DNA of 55,165 bases, taken from positions 1 to 55,165 of IMG/VR virus record IMGVR_UViG_3300033144_001879; one strand, 5' to 3'. This DNA comes from a virus (taxonomy: Duplodnaviria; Caudoviricetes). The notes beneath the pieces are model-generated. The model saw only the letters and a list, made by a program, of their open reading frames with translations, was not told where the DNA came from and ran no database searches. Position numbers and translations under genes: made by a program. Positions 9,186 to 17,460 of this stretch are shown in pieces. Every line of letters starts with the position of its first letter. Position 1 is the first letter of the stretch.

Positions 9186-10706
9186 ATGACAGTTAAAGCA
9201 ACGCACCCGGATTATTCCGATCGCGCGAACTCGTGGGAGAAAATGCGCGACGTGATCAACGGAGAAGAAGCGATCAAAGCCGGCGGCGTGAAGTATCTTC
9301 CGCAACCGAGTGGACGTGACGACGACGATTATTTGCGTTACGTCGAACGCGCTCAGTTCTTCGACGCGACGAGCAAGACTTCGGCCGGGATGGTTGGCTC
9401 GATCTTTCGGAAACCGCCGACGGTTGAACTTCCGAACGCCATCGAGTATTTGAACGATGATTCGGACGGGAAAGGAACACCGCTCGAACAACTCGCGAAA
9501 GATGCATCGAGCGAAGTGATCGATCTCGGACGTGTCGGGATCATGGTCGATATGCCTTCGGTCCCTGAAGCGAAGCGTCTCGACGAAGAGCGCGCTCTCA
9601 ATGCCGAAGCTCGGCTCTATGTTTATTCGGCCGAGTCAATTATCAATTGGTCTTATCGGCAAGTCGGAAGCGTTTACCAATTGGCGCGAGTTGTTTTGAA
9701 AGAGACGATCGAAGTTGAAGGCGACGACGAGTTCGAGGTTAAAGACGCGACGCTTTATCGCGTATTGGATCTCGAAGACCAGTCGGAAGAACTCGCGGCC
9801 GGTTATCGTGTGCGACTCTTCGAAGAAGACGCCGACGGTGAGATCGGCGACGCGACCGAATACCGACCGACGCTTCCGAACGGCGAGCGGCTCGACTTTA
9901 TTCCGTTTACGTTCGTCGGCTCGAATGACAATACGTCGAGCGTCGACAAGCCGCCGCTTCTCGACATCGCGAACGTAAACGTCGGGCACTATCGGAACTC
10001 GGCGGACTACGAAGACTCGTTGTTCATGGTTGGACAACCGACGCCGGTAATCACCGGGCTCGACAATCAATTCATCGAGAAGCACAAAGGCTCGTTTGTT
10101 GTCGGGTCTCGAACTGCTTGGCTCTTACCTACCGGATCGACGGCGGATATGCTCGAATCGACGCGAGATCTCGGGGCGATGGCGGGCGCTCTCGATCGGA
10201 AAGAAAAGCAAATGATTCAACTCGGCGCGAAACTGATCGACTCGAATCGTGCCGGCGTGGAAGCGGCCGAGACGATCAAGCTTCGGCAAGCCGGCGAAGC
10301 GTCCGTTCTCGGATCGATCGCCTCGAACGTGAGTCGCGGCTTTACGATTGCGCTCAACTGGCTTTCGTTGTGGATGTCGGGAACCGGTGACGATGTCACG
10401 TTCGCCGCGAACACCGACTTTTTCCCGGCGCGTCTTTCTTCGGCGGATCTGAAAGAACTCGTCGCGAGTTGGCAAGGCGGCGTGATCACTTACGGAACGC
10501 TGTTCGAAAACTTGGTTGCCGGCGAAATTGTAACCGCCGGAACCGACGTCGAGGATTACGAAGCCGAACTCGAAGAAGAGGCGCTCAAGAATCCGTCGCC
10601 GCCACTCGGCGACGAAGATCTCGACGACGACGACGAAGACGAAGACGAGACAATCGTCATTGTTGAAGAAGAGGAAGAAGAGGAAGAAGAGGAAGAAGAG
10701 GAATGA
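9186..10706 (+). CDS. Portal protein (DUF4055-like) with poly-acidic C-tail
   Basis: Follows TerL; HPDY...YLP...Y..RA.F, KPPLLDIANVNVGHYRNSADYE. Confidence 0.9.
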   Translation: MTVKATHPDYSDRANSWEKMRDVINGEEAIKAGGVKYLPQPSGRDDDDYLRYVERAQFFDATSKTSAGMVGSIFRKPPTVELPNAIEYLNDDSDGKGTPLEQLAKDASSEVIDLGRVGIMVDMPSVPEAKRLDEERALNAEARLYVYSAESIINWSYRQVGSVYQLARVVLKETIEVEGDDEFEVKDATLYRVLDLEDQSEELAAGYRVRLFEEDADGEIGDATEYRPTLPNGERLDFIPFTFVGSNDNTSSVDKPPLLDIANVNVGHYRNSADYEDSLFMVGQPTPVITGLDNQFIEKHKGSFVVGSRTAWLLPTGSTADMLESTRDLGAMAGALDRKEKQMIQLGAKLIDSNRAGVEAAETIKLRQAGEASVLGSIASNVSRGFTIALNWLSLWMSGTGDDVTFAANTDFFPARLSSADLKELVASWQGGVITYGTLFENLVAGEIVTAGTDVEDYEAELEEEALKNPSPPLGDEDLDDDDEDEDETIVIVEEEEEEEEEEEEE

Positions 10707-11245
10707 AACCGGGTCTCATTATCGGAATAACCGGTTGCGCCGGATCCGGCAAAACGACGCTTGCGGATTTCTTTTCGTCGGCGTACTTCGCGACGCCGTT
10801 GTCGTTTGCGGATCCGATCAAAGCCGCGTTGAATGCGGCCTTCGGTTTTACCGGCGAGCAATGGCTCGACCGCAATTGGAAAGAGCAAGTCGATTTCGAA
10901 CTCGGGATCTCGCCGCGTGAGTTGATGCAAACGCTCGGGACCGATTGGGGGCGGAATATGATTTGCTCCGACGTTTGGGTGAAGTTGCTTTTCTCGAAAT
11001 GGAAGAGCGCCGGTCGACCGTTCGCGGTTGTCGCTGATATTCGTTTCGATAATGAAGCGCGGGCAATTCTCGCCGAAGGCGGAATCGTTGTGAATGTCGA
11101 GCGGCCGGAGATCGAGAAGGTCGCCGATCATGTTTCCGAAGATGGGATCTCGCGCGAACTTATTTCGGTAACGGTTTACAACATCGGAACGGTTGACGAA
11201 TTGACGCGACTCGGCGAAGCCGCGATCATTGCCCGGATCGAATAA
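10703..11245 (+). CDS. Deoxynucleoside monophosphate kinase
   Basis: IIGITGCAGSGKTT, SFADPIK, SPRELMQTLGTDWGR, VADIRFDNEA, HVSE. Confidence 0.9.
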   Translation: MKPGLIIGITGCAGSGKTTLADFFSSAYFATPLSFADPIKAALNAAFGFTGEQWLDRNWKEQVDFELGISPRELMQTLGTDWGRNMICSDVWVKLLFSKWKSAGRPFAVVADIRFDNEARAILAEGGIVVNVERPEIEKVADHVSEDGISRELISVTVYNIGTVDELTRLGEAAIIARIE

Positions 11246-12321
11246 TGCCGAAGACCGTCAACGAGCTTCTTCGCGATTCGTCGATTAAACATTCAATTTA
11301 TGTGACGCGATACACGACCGGCGTCGTGAAGCAAATGCTCGCGTTGATCAATAAGACCGATCAAGACATTTTGCGACGCCTTCGCTCCATGAACCTGCCC
11401 GGAGCCCGGACGCCTTATCAGCGGGCAAGACTCGAAAAACTGCTATCAGGGCTAAGGGGTATAAACGAAGCCGGCTACGGGGCGTTCAATGCGGCTCTGC
11501 GCAAGACGTTTATTTCGTTCGCGACGTATGAACTCGACTTCATGGCGCGGCAAATCGAGGCCGCGATCGTTGTCGACTTCGAAGCCGTCGTGCCGGCGGC
11601 CGGGACTGTTTACTCGGCGGCGATGACGACGCCAATGCAGGGAAAGTATTTCAAAAACTGGATGAAAGATCTTGAGGCGAACAAGATCCGGGCGATCAAC
11701 GACGCAATTCGGATCGGCGTCGTCGAGGGAGAGACGAACGCGGCGATCGTGAGTCGGTTGCGCGGAACTCGTGCGGCCGGATACAAAAACGGCGTAATGG
11801 GAATTCACCGGAGACACGCCGAAGCCATCGTTCGAACTTCGGTCAATCATCTTATGAGTACGGCGCGGCGAAACCTGATCAACAAGAACACGGACGTTCT
11901 TGCCGGCTGGCAATACGTCGCGACGCTCGATGGTCGGACAACTGATATTTGCATGAGTTTGGACGGCAACTTTTACAAGGTGAGGGCCGAGGGACCGACG
12001 CCGCCGCAACATATCAATTGCCGATCCGCGATGTCACCGGTCACGAAGTCATGGAAAGAAATGGGGATCGATAAAGAAGAGTTGACGCCGGCGAAGCGCG
12101 CCTCGATGTCGGGTCCGGTTCCGGCGAAGACGACTTATCAAACTTGGCTCAAGGGACAAGGGAACAAATTTCAGAACGACGTGCTTGGCAAAACGAAAGC
12201 GCAACTCTTCCGCGATGGCGGCGTGACGCTCGATCGTTTCGTCGACGCTTCCGGCCGGAGTTACACGCTCGCACAACTCGCCGCGAGAGAAGCGCAAGCT
12301 TTTGCCGCGATCGGCGGATAA
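11245..12321 (+). CDS. Minor head morphogenesis protein (SPP1 gp7 / Mu gpF family)
   Basis: AEAIVRT, YVATLDGRTTDICMSLDG, PPQHINCRS. Confidence 0.92.
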   Translation: MPKTVNELLRDSSIKHSIYVTRYTTGVVKQMLALINKTDQDILRRLRSMNLPGARTPYQRARLEKLLSGLRGINEAGYGAFNAALRKTFISFATYELDFMARQIEAAIVVDFEAVVPAAGTVYSAAMTTPMQGKYFKNWMKDLEANKIRAINDAIRIGVVEGETNAAIVSRLRGTRAAGYKNGVMGIHRRHAEAIVRTSVNHLMSTARRNLINKNTDVLAGWQYVATLDGRTTDICMSLDGNFYKVRAEGPTPPQHINCRSAMSPVTKSWKEMGIDKEELTPAKRASMSGPVPAKTTYQTWLKGQGNKFQNDVLGKTKAQLFRDGGVTLDRFVDASGRSYTLAQLAAREAQAFAAIGG

Positions 12322-12347
12322 GCTTAAAGCTTCAGACAAGAAGAAAT

Positions 12348-12425
12348 CGGGCTCTCACGAATAGGGGTATTTCTCGGATGGTTTTACCCCTATTCGAGCC
12401 CGTAATACCCTCTTCGGAGAAAGGG
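12348..12425 (+). other. Structured leader: long hairpin plus a cUUCGg hairpin
   Basis: CGAATAGGGGTA/TACCCCTATTCG 12-bp perfect stem flanked by CGGGCT/AGCCCG; then CTC-TTCG-GAG. Confidence 0.6.
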
Positions 12426-12431
12426 CGAGCG

Positions 12432-12707
12432 GTGAAGATTTCGTTTGTGGTCGTGGTTTTGTTTTTGGTTTCGTGCGCAACGCCGACGCCGGAGCAACTC
12501 GCCGAGTGGGAGCGGGCGCGAGAAATGCGGCAATATGATCGCGTTGATTATTACGAAGAAATTTACTTGCCGGAGAAACATCGTTGCGATGCGTATTGGG
12601 TTGTTTATTCGGATAGCGTTGGAATGACGCGCCGGAATTCTATACCGTCAATTCATGAAATGAGGCGCGCTCGATGCATCCGAGATTTCTCGGAGATACT
12701 GTTTTAA
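12432..12707 (+). CDS. Putative lipoprotein
   Basis: GTG start; MKISFVVVVLFLVS-C signal peptide with lipobox. Confidence 0.75.
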   Translation: MKISFVVVVLFLVSCATPTPEQLAEWERAREMRQYDRVDYYEEIYLPEKHRCDAYWVVYSDSVGMTRRNSIPSIHEMRRARCIRDFSEILF

Positions 12708-12730
12708 CCAACGAAGGGAGAACCGAAAAA

Positions 12731-13285
12731 ATGAGCGATGATCAAGTGAAAATGAATCTTTGGCGGCGCTTCGAAGCCGTCGTGAAACCGCAATATATTG
12801 TCGCGGCGTTTGTCGTGTTGGTGCTTGTTGGCTTTTGCCATGAAGCGCGGGCCGAGGTCGAGCCCGGTGTTCAAGTCGAACTCGGCGTCGGATTCTTGTC
12901 GGGTGATTACTCGGAAGGTCAAGCGCTTTTATTGACGGAGACGTTTGCGAATAAATATTCAATCGGGATCGGTGTCTTTACCGAACAATGGGTCGTGCCT
13001 CGAACGGAGCCGCTCACGCGCGTTCCGCAAACGGCAATGGTTCAAGCGTACCGAAACGTTCGGATCTCCGAGAACTTCGGGCTCGGTCTCGGCGTCGCGT
13101 ACTGGAACGGAACGAGCCGCGCGGTCGGGAGTGAGTTCACGTTTTCGCTTTTGATTCGATACGAGATCGGCGATCACGCGACGTTGAACTTTCGACATTG
13201 GTCGAGCGCGGGATCCGGGTCGGTCGGCGGATCAAGGCCGCCGAACATGGGTCAAGATCTCTTTACGTTTGGTTGGTCGTTTTAA
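12731..13285 (+). CDS. pagL: PagL-like lipid A 3-O-deacylase (outer-membrane beta-barrel)
   Basis: Signal peptide ending ARA; alternating beta strands; RHWSSAG...PNMGQD motif like PagL HxSNAG...NxGxE/D; terminal Phe. Confidence 0.8.
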   Translation: MSDDQVKMNLWRRFEAVVKPQYIVAAFVVLVLVGFCHEARAEVEPGVQVELGVGFLSGDYSEGQALLLTETFANKYSIGIGVFTEQWVVPRTEPLTRVPQTAMVQAYRNVRISENFGLGLGVAYWNGTSRAVGSEFTFSLLIRYEIGDHATLNFRHWSSAGSGSVGGSRPPNMGQDLFTFGWSF

Positions 13286-13340
13286 GCGATACGCGAAAGC
13301 GTATAAAACCAATCCATACGCGAACGCGTATGAGAAAAGA

Positions 13341-13384
13341 AACGGAAACGCGGAACCCGGTGATCGGGCTCCGCGTTTTTCGTT
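13341..13384. terminator. Probable bidirectional intrinsic terminator
   Basis: AAACGCGGAACCCGG-TGA-TCGGGCTCCGCGTTTTT between convergent genes. Confidence 0.75.
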
Positions 13385-13391
13385 CAACGAT

Positions 13392-13811
13392 CTACCGAGA
13401 TTCGTCGTCCAATGAGACGTTAAGATTTATCGCCGCATAGGTGAAGCTCACTCCGTTGTCGAAACTCATGCTTCGGTCGTACTCGATGCCGACGTGATCG
13501 ACCGGCATTCCGGTGCGCTTCGTGAAACCGGTCAAGAGATCGAGAATCGTCTCTTCGGTTAACCGCTTCAGTTCTCGCGCGCCGGCTAACGTCTTGATGT
13601 CTTTCTCGGCGGCGGCGATTACGAGCAATTCTCGATATGACGGTGGTACGTCGGCGTACTTGATGACCGCGTCCGCTTCTTCGATGACTTCTCGCATTGT
13701 AAGATCGAAGCCTTCGATCGGATCGTCGATCGAATCGTTTTGTTGTGCGCTTGCCATCGCGTAACCGCAAAGCTTGTTGAGCATGAGTCGTGATTTCGTT
13801 GGGTTCTTCAT
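13392..13811 (-). CDS. Hypothetical protein
   Basis: 139 aa; GGGAGAACC-N6-ATG. Confidence 0.7.
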   Translation of the reverse strand: MKNPTKSRLMLNKLCGYAMASAQQNDSIDDPIEGFDLTMREVIEEADAVIKYADVPPSYRELLVIAAAEKDIKTLAGARELKRLTEETILDLLTGFTKRTGMPVDHVGIEYDRSMSFDNGVSFTYAAINLNVSLDDESR

Positions 13812-14044
13812 GACTTTGGTTCTCCCTTGTCGGTGAATGGTGAGCGAACTCGAAGCTTTTCTCGGATTACTCCGAGATCTTCTTCGACGTCGCTCAAGTA
13901 TTGAAGCGCGAGTTCGAGAGTTCGAATCGAGACGCTTGCGAAATTATTTCGGCCGCTTCCGTGCTTCCGAGAATTGGTCGCGATCTTGATTGTCTCTTTC
14001 ACGCCGGCGAGTTTTTCTTCGCTTGTTAGATGTCCGTAAATCAT
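13808..14044 (-). CDS. Hypothetical protein
   Basis: GAGGGAACC RBS; stop overlaps next start. Confidence 0.65.
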   Translation of the reverse strand: MIYGHLTSEEKLAGVKETIKIATNSRKHGSGRNNFASVSIRTLELALQYLSDVEEDLGVIREKLRVRSPFTDKGEPKS

Positions 14045-14058
14045 TTCGGTTCCCTCGG

Positions 14059-14277
14059 TTACAGAACGGTGACGCGATAATACCGCCAACCGTAATCGGC
14101 GGAGATCTTGCCGGACTTGATCAGGCTCCGAACGGCGGCGGCGGTTGAGTGAAAGTCGAAACGATAGCCGGGTTTCGTCGTGACGTCGGCATATTGACTT
14201 GTTGCGATGTCGAGTTCCGTTCCGCGCTTCTTGCCGGCGATGAACTCGGAGAGATCTTGAACGTTTTGCGATTTCAT
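14059..14277 (-). CDS. Hypothetical protein
   Basis: AGGAACC RBS. Confidence 0.7.
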   Translation of the reverse strand: MKSQNVQDLSEFIAGKKRGTELDIATSQYADVTTKPGYRFDFHSTAAAVRSLIKSGKISADYGWRYYRVTVL

Positions 14278-14291
14278 GATCGATGGTTCCT

Positions 14292-14609
14292 TTAATTAGG
14301 TTGGGTTAATTCAAGGTTGGTGTGGTCGAGTTTCTTCAGGTGGTGAATCGGAAGGTTTGGCGGTATCGATTGCCAGCCATCGGCCGCGAGGATCTTACAG
14401 GTCGCGACGAGTGCTTCCGGGTGCGCTTCTTTCATGTGCGCATGGAGTCGACCGCGTTGCTTGTTGCCTTCGCGGAAACCGGCTCCGCGACCGCGACCGC
14501 ATCGGCGCACGTCGACGAAGTTACAAAGCCGGCAACCGCGAGCGATTGCAAACGGTCCCTTCGTGACGGTGACGAGCGCGTCGGTTGCTCTTGTGATGTT
14601 GTGTCTCAT
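14292..14609 (-). CDS. Hypothetical protein with C2H2-like Zn motif
   Basis: CRLC...HMKEAHP; AGGAACC RBS. Confidence 0.7.
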   Translation of the reverse strand: MRHNITRATDALVTVTKGPFAIARGCRLCNFVDVRRCGRGRGAGFREGNKQRGRLHAHMKEAHPEALVATCKILAADGWQSIPPNLPIHHLKKLDHTNLELTQPN

Positions 14610-14627
14610 GAGTCGGGTTCCTTTAAG

Positions 14628-14807
14628 TCAAAAGACATTGAGCGGCGAACGTTGCTCTTGTTCGAGTCGGTCGATCCGACGAAGTGCGTTCGTCAATGCC
14701 GCGCGGAGTTCGAGAAGAATCTCGTCGCGGTTCGGTGTCGCGTCGCCGCTCAAGACGTCGGCGGCTTCGGATGCTTCGCCGTGAAGCAATGTATTGAAGC
14801 GACTCAC
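14628..14807 (-). CDS. Small coiled-coil protein (59 aa; not in ORF track)
   Basis: GTG start overlapping the upstream stop; LRAALTNALRRIDRLEQ. Confidence 0.55.
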   Translation of the reverse strand: MSRFNTLLHGEASEAADVLSGDATPNRDEILLELRAALTNALRRIDRLEQEQRSPLNVF

Positions 14808-14989
14808 GAGAAGATCCGCGCTTCGCGATAACGGCGAGCCTGTTTCTTCTTCGCGAGCTTCGAGATCTCTTTCGCTTTCCGCCGGCGCTTTTGCACGATG
14901 TCTTGCCGGTAGGAGTTGCGCCAGTTGTCGCCGACGTCGTGAAGGTCGGAGACGATGTCGAGCATCGTTGGTGCGGTTGTCGTGTTCAT
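14804..14989 (-). CDS. Small basic hypothetical protein
   Basis: AAGGGAAC RBS; MNTTTAPTMLD... Confidence 0.6.
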   Translation of the reverse strand: MNTTTAPTMLDIVSDLHDVGDNWRNSYRQDIVQKRRRKAKEISKLAKKKQARRYREARIFS

Positions 14990-15057
14990 GGTTGTTCCCT
15001 TTGTCGTTGGTCGTTGGTCGAGTGTGGATCTTAACCCGGCAAGCGGCCGGAGCGCAA

Positions 15058-15465
15058 TCAATATGTTTCGTCTTCGATGTACTTGTTCAGGGTCTTGGCG
15101 TCGTCCGAGAAGTGTCCGAGTCTTTCGCAATGCTCGAAGTGGTTCCGGTTCGTGTGATAAGCCGCCGGTCCGCGTTGGTTTTTCTTCGAGTCGATGAGAT
15201 AGGAAGTCCACAGTCTTTCGTGTCGGTCGTACCATGCGATTCGGATTCCGTTCGAAAACCATTCGTCGTCTTCGCTCCAGTTCGATCGGTGAAGAAGCGA
15301 CTTTTCTTTCGTTCGGTATTCGATCAAGCCATGCTCGTCGAGTTTCCAAAGCAAGCCGCGCTCGGCGCAATAAGTATCGATCGTGCGATTGCAGTCGTCG
15401 TAATCCATACCGACAAGCCACTGAAGGGCGCGTTCGGTGGTTCGTTGTCTTGAGAGTGTCTTCAT
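15058..15465 (-). CDS. Hypothetical protein
   Basis: AGGAACC-N6-ATG. Confidence 0.7.
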   Translation of the reverse strand: MKTLSRQRTTERALQWLVGMDYDDCNRTIDTYCAERGLLWKLDEHGLIEYRTKEKSLLHRSNWSEDDEWFSNGIRIAWYDRHERLWTSYLIDSKKNQRGPAAYHTNRNHFEHCERLGHFSDDAKTLNKYIEDETY

Positions 15466-15485
15466 TGTCGTGGTTCCTTTCGTGG

Positions 15486-15959
15486 TTAAGAGCGGAGCAT
15501 CCAAAACCCGTAAACGCATCGCGTACCGTTGCGGTCCGGGTTGTAAGTGTCTTCGATGACGTGGTGAATCATCGTCGTGTAATGTTTCGAGACGGCGACG
15601 ACGAGTCGCGCCTTCGGAAGTTCGTCATAGCGAAGGTGAATCTTGCAACCGGTTCCGATACCCATTGTCGGGATCCACTCGAAGCCGAGTTCGTTCATGT
15701 AGTCTTTGAACCACTTCCGGGTCGTGAAGATTCCGTTTCGAGCCGAGCGCTTTCCGGCCGATGCCGATTTGACTGTCGGCGAGCGCCGTTGCGTCGCGTT
15801 GCCGTGCGCGAGCCGATCATAGATCTCACGGTAAGGGCGTTCGGTTGCGATCGTTAGAGCGCGAGTCACGCAGTCTCCGGCGTTGCCTTTGAAGCCGGCC
15901 TCGGCGCGACCGCCGTCGTTGTATCTGAAGATCGTCGTTGTTGTCGTCGGGTTTTCCAT
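15486..15959 (-). CDS. Phage protein, possible papain-like Cys-His-Asp fold
   Basis: GDCVTRALTIAT...KHYTTMI...EDTY. Confidence 0.7.
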   Translation of the reverse strand: MENPTTTTTIFRYNDGGRAEAGFKGNAGDCVTRALTIATERPYREIYDRLAHGNATQRRSPTVKSASAGKRSARNGIFTTRKWFKDYMNELGFEWIPTMGIGTGCKIHLRYDELPKARLVVAVSKHYTTMIHHVIEDTYNPDRNGTRCVYGFWMLRS

Positions 15960-15960
15960 C

Positions 15961-16308
15961 TTAGAATTTCCTGAATGTTGTTCCGATGATTTCTTCGGAG
16001 TGAGTGCCGTCTTTCAGAACGATGTGCTTCACGGTGTTGTGCTTCACGCGATCGCCGGACTTGTCCCAAGTGTAACGGTCGGACTCTGGCGTCTCCGGGG
16101 AGAGATCGACGATCGGATCGTGAGTGACGAACTCTCGCGAGCCGTCGCGATGGTTGAGTGACACGCCGTCTTGATGAAGCGCTTTCTTGATTTGCTTCTC
16201 GACGCTTGCAATCGCGTCCGGTGTGTTCGAGTAAAGATGGATCGTCTCGCCGTAACACGCGACGAGAATCGAGCCGTTCTTCAATCCGTCTTTGAGTGGA
16301 TGCGTCAT
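15961..16308 (-). CDS. Hypothetical protein
   Basis: GAGG RBS; ATGA overlap. Confidence 0.65.
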   Translation of the reverse strand: MTHPLKDGLKNGSILVACYGETIHLYSNTPDAIASVEKQIKKALHQDGVSLNHRDGSREFVTHDPIVDLSPETPESDRYTWDKSGDRVKHNTVKHIVLKDGTHSEEIIGTTFRKF

Positions 16309-16763
16309 GATGTAAACCCTCGCGCTTTCCGGTTGGCTTTGTGGATTTCCATTTGCGCGTCGACTTCGTCTTCGTTGCCGCGATTGAAAGTTGACGGTGT
16401 GCAAGCTTTCAATTCGTCGCGATCTTCTCGGATGCCGTCTTGATAACCGAAAGAGTCGGATCCGTAACCACTTTCGAGAATCGACTCGTATCTCGCGATC
16501 GTTGATTCGATATTTCTTGCGGCGACTTCGATTGCTTTTGCGGCGGCGGCTTCGTCGGTTAAGAGTTTGAATGTTCCGCACGTTTCGGAAGCGGCGATCG
16601 GGGCGAAGTGGTGGCCGAGCATTTCGTTCGTGTCGCGGTCGTGCAAACACATTTGCTTTGCGCCGCAAGAGTGGACGCGGACTTGACGGAAAGAAATCGT
16701 TCCCTTGCCGTCCCAGTTTTCGATGAGAGTCGCGAGTTCGTTTTTCGTGAATTCTTTTGACAT
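16305..16763 (-). CDS. Hypothetical protein, first gene of island 1
   Basis: ATG follows the conserved leader CACGAGACCCGACC. Confidence 0.7.
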   Translation of the reverse strand: MSKEFTKNELATLIENWDGKGTISFRQVRVHSCGAKQMCLHDRDTNEMLGHHFAPIAASETCGTFKLLTDEAAAAKAIEVAARNIESTIARYESILESGYGSDSFGYQDGIREDRDELKACTPSTFNRGNEDEVDAQMEIHKANRKARGFTS

Positions 16764-16797
16764 GGTCGGGTCTCGTGAGTGGTCGGTCAATGTTGAG

Positions 16798-16826
16798 AAT
16801 GTACGCCTACCCGTTGGGTGCGCCAA
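16798..16826 (-). promoter_or_regulatory. Sigma70-type promoter P1 with operator in the spacer
   Basis: TTGGCG-17-TACATT; TACCCGTTGGGTG at 16808-16820. Confidence 0.75.
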
Positions 16827-17081
16827 GCAAAACGCAACACTTTTTGAAAGAAAGTTCGGAAGGTCAATGTTTACGCGGGTTTGAGCGTTCCTGATTTTCC
16901 TCGATTTCGACAAACTTCACGCGGTTTGCGCGCTCTTTTTGGCCGATAAAACGCTCCGGCGTGTTCCATCGACAATCGCGTCGGAGCCGTTCGTGGCGTT
17001 CACTCTCGCTCGTTCTTTCCATTTGCTGTGATCTCCGTTTGACGTGTCGCGAAGTATCGCACGAGATCGAATCATTTTCTT

Positions 17082-17360
17082 ATGCCGTTGTTTGTTCCCG
17101 AAGTCGCGGTCTATACTTGTCGAAAGGTTGATATTTTGAAGCGATTAAAATTGATACATTGCGCGGACCGGAGCCCGACGGGTGAAAGTTTGCACGAGCC
17201 GGAATATACTCTAGTGAGTTGTCCGGTTTGTAATTCGACGACAACGATCGAAGCGAACGTCGGAGCAATGACCCGAGACGGAAAGAACGTCGAGGGCGGA
17301 CACAAGCAACGCATTTGCGTTCAGTGTTTGATCGAAGGCAAGTTGACGCCAGTTCTTTAA
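17082..17360 (+). CDS. Zn-ribbon hypothetical protein
   Basis: CPVC...CVQC; start uncertain. Confidence 0.65.
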   Translation: MPLFVPEVAVYTCRKVDILKRLKLIHCADRSPTGESLHEPEYTLVSCPVCNSTTTIEANVGAMTRDGKNVEGGHKQRICVQCLIEGKLTPVL

Positions 17361-17381
17361 GAACGACGCGCTCAACTCAGC

Positions 17382-17417
17382 AAAGACAAACGGCGAAAGT
17401 CGTTCGTCTTTTTTTTT
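17382..17417 (+). terminator. Intrinsic terminator-like hairpin
   Basis: AAAGACAAACGGC-GAAA-GTCGTTCGTCTTT followed by a long T run. Confidence 0.7.
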
Positions 17418-17460
17418 GGCTCGCCGAGCGAGCATCACAAGACCCCGAGGGAATAGGAAA

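Noticed and set aside
17039-17070. TTGACG as the -35 of a late promoter
   Set aside because: No acceptable -10 at 16-18 nt spacing
17370-17420. GAAA hairpin as a c-di-GMP-I riboswitch
   Set aside because: Lacks the second stem and conserved junction; the long T run fits a terminator
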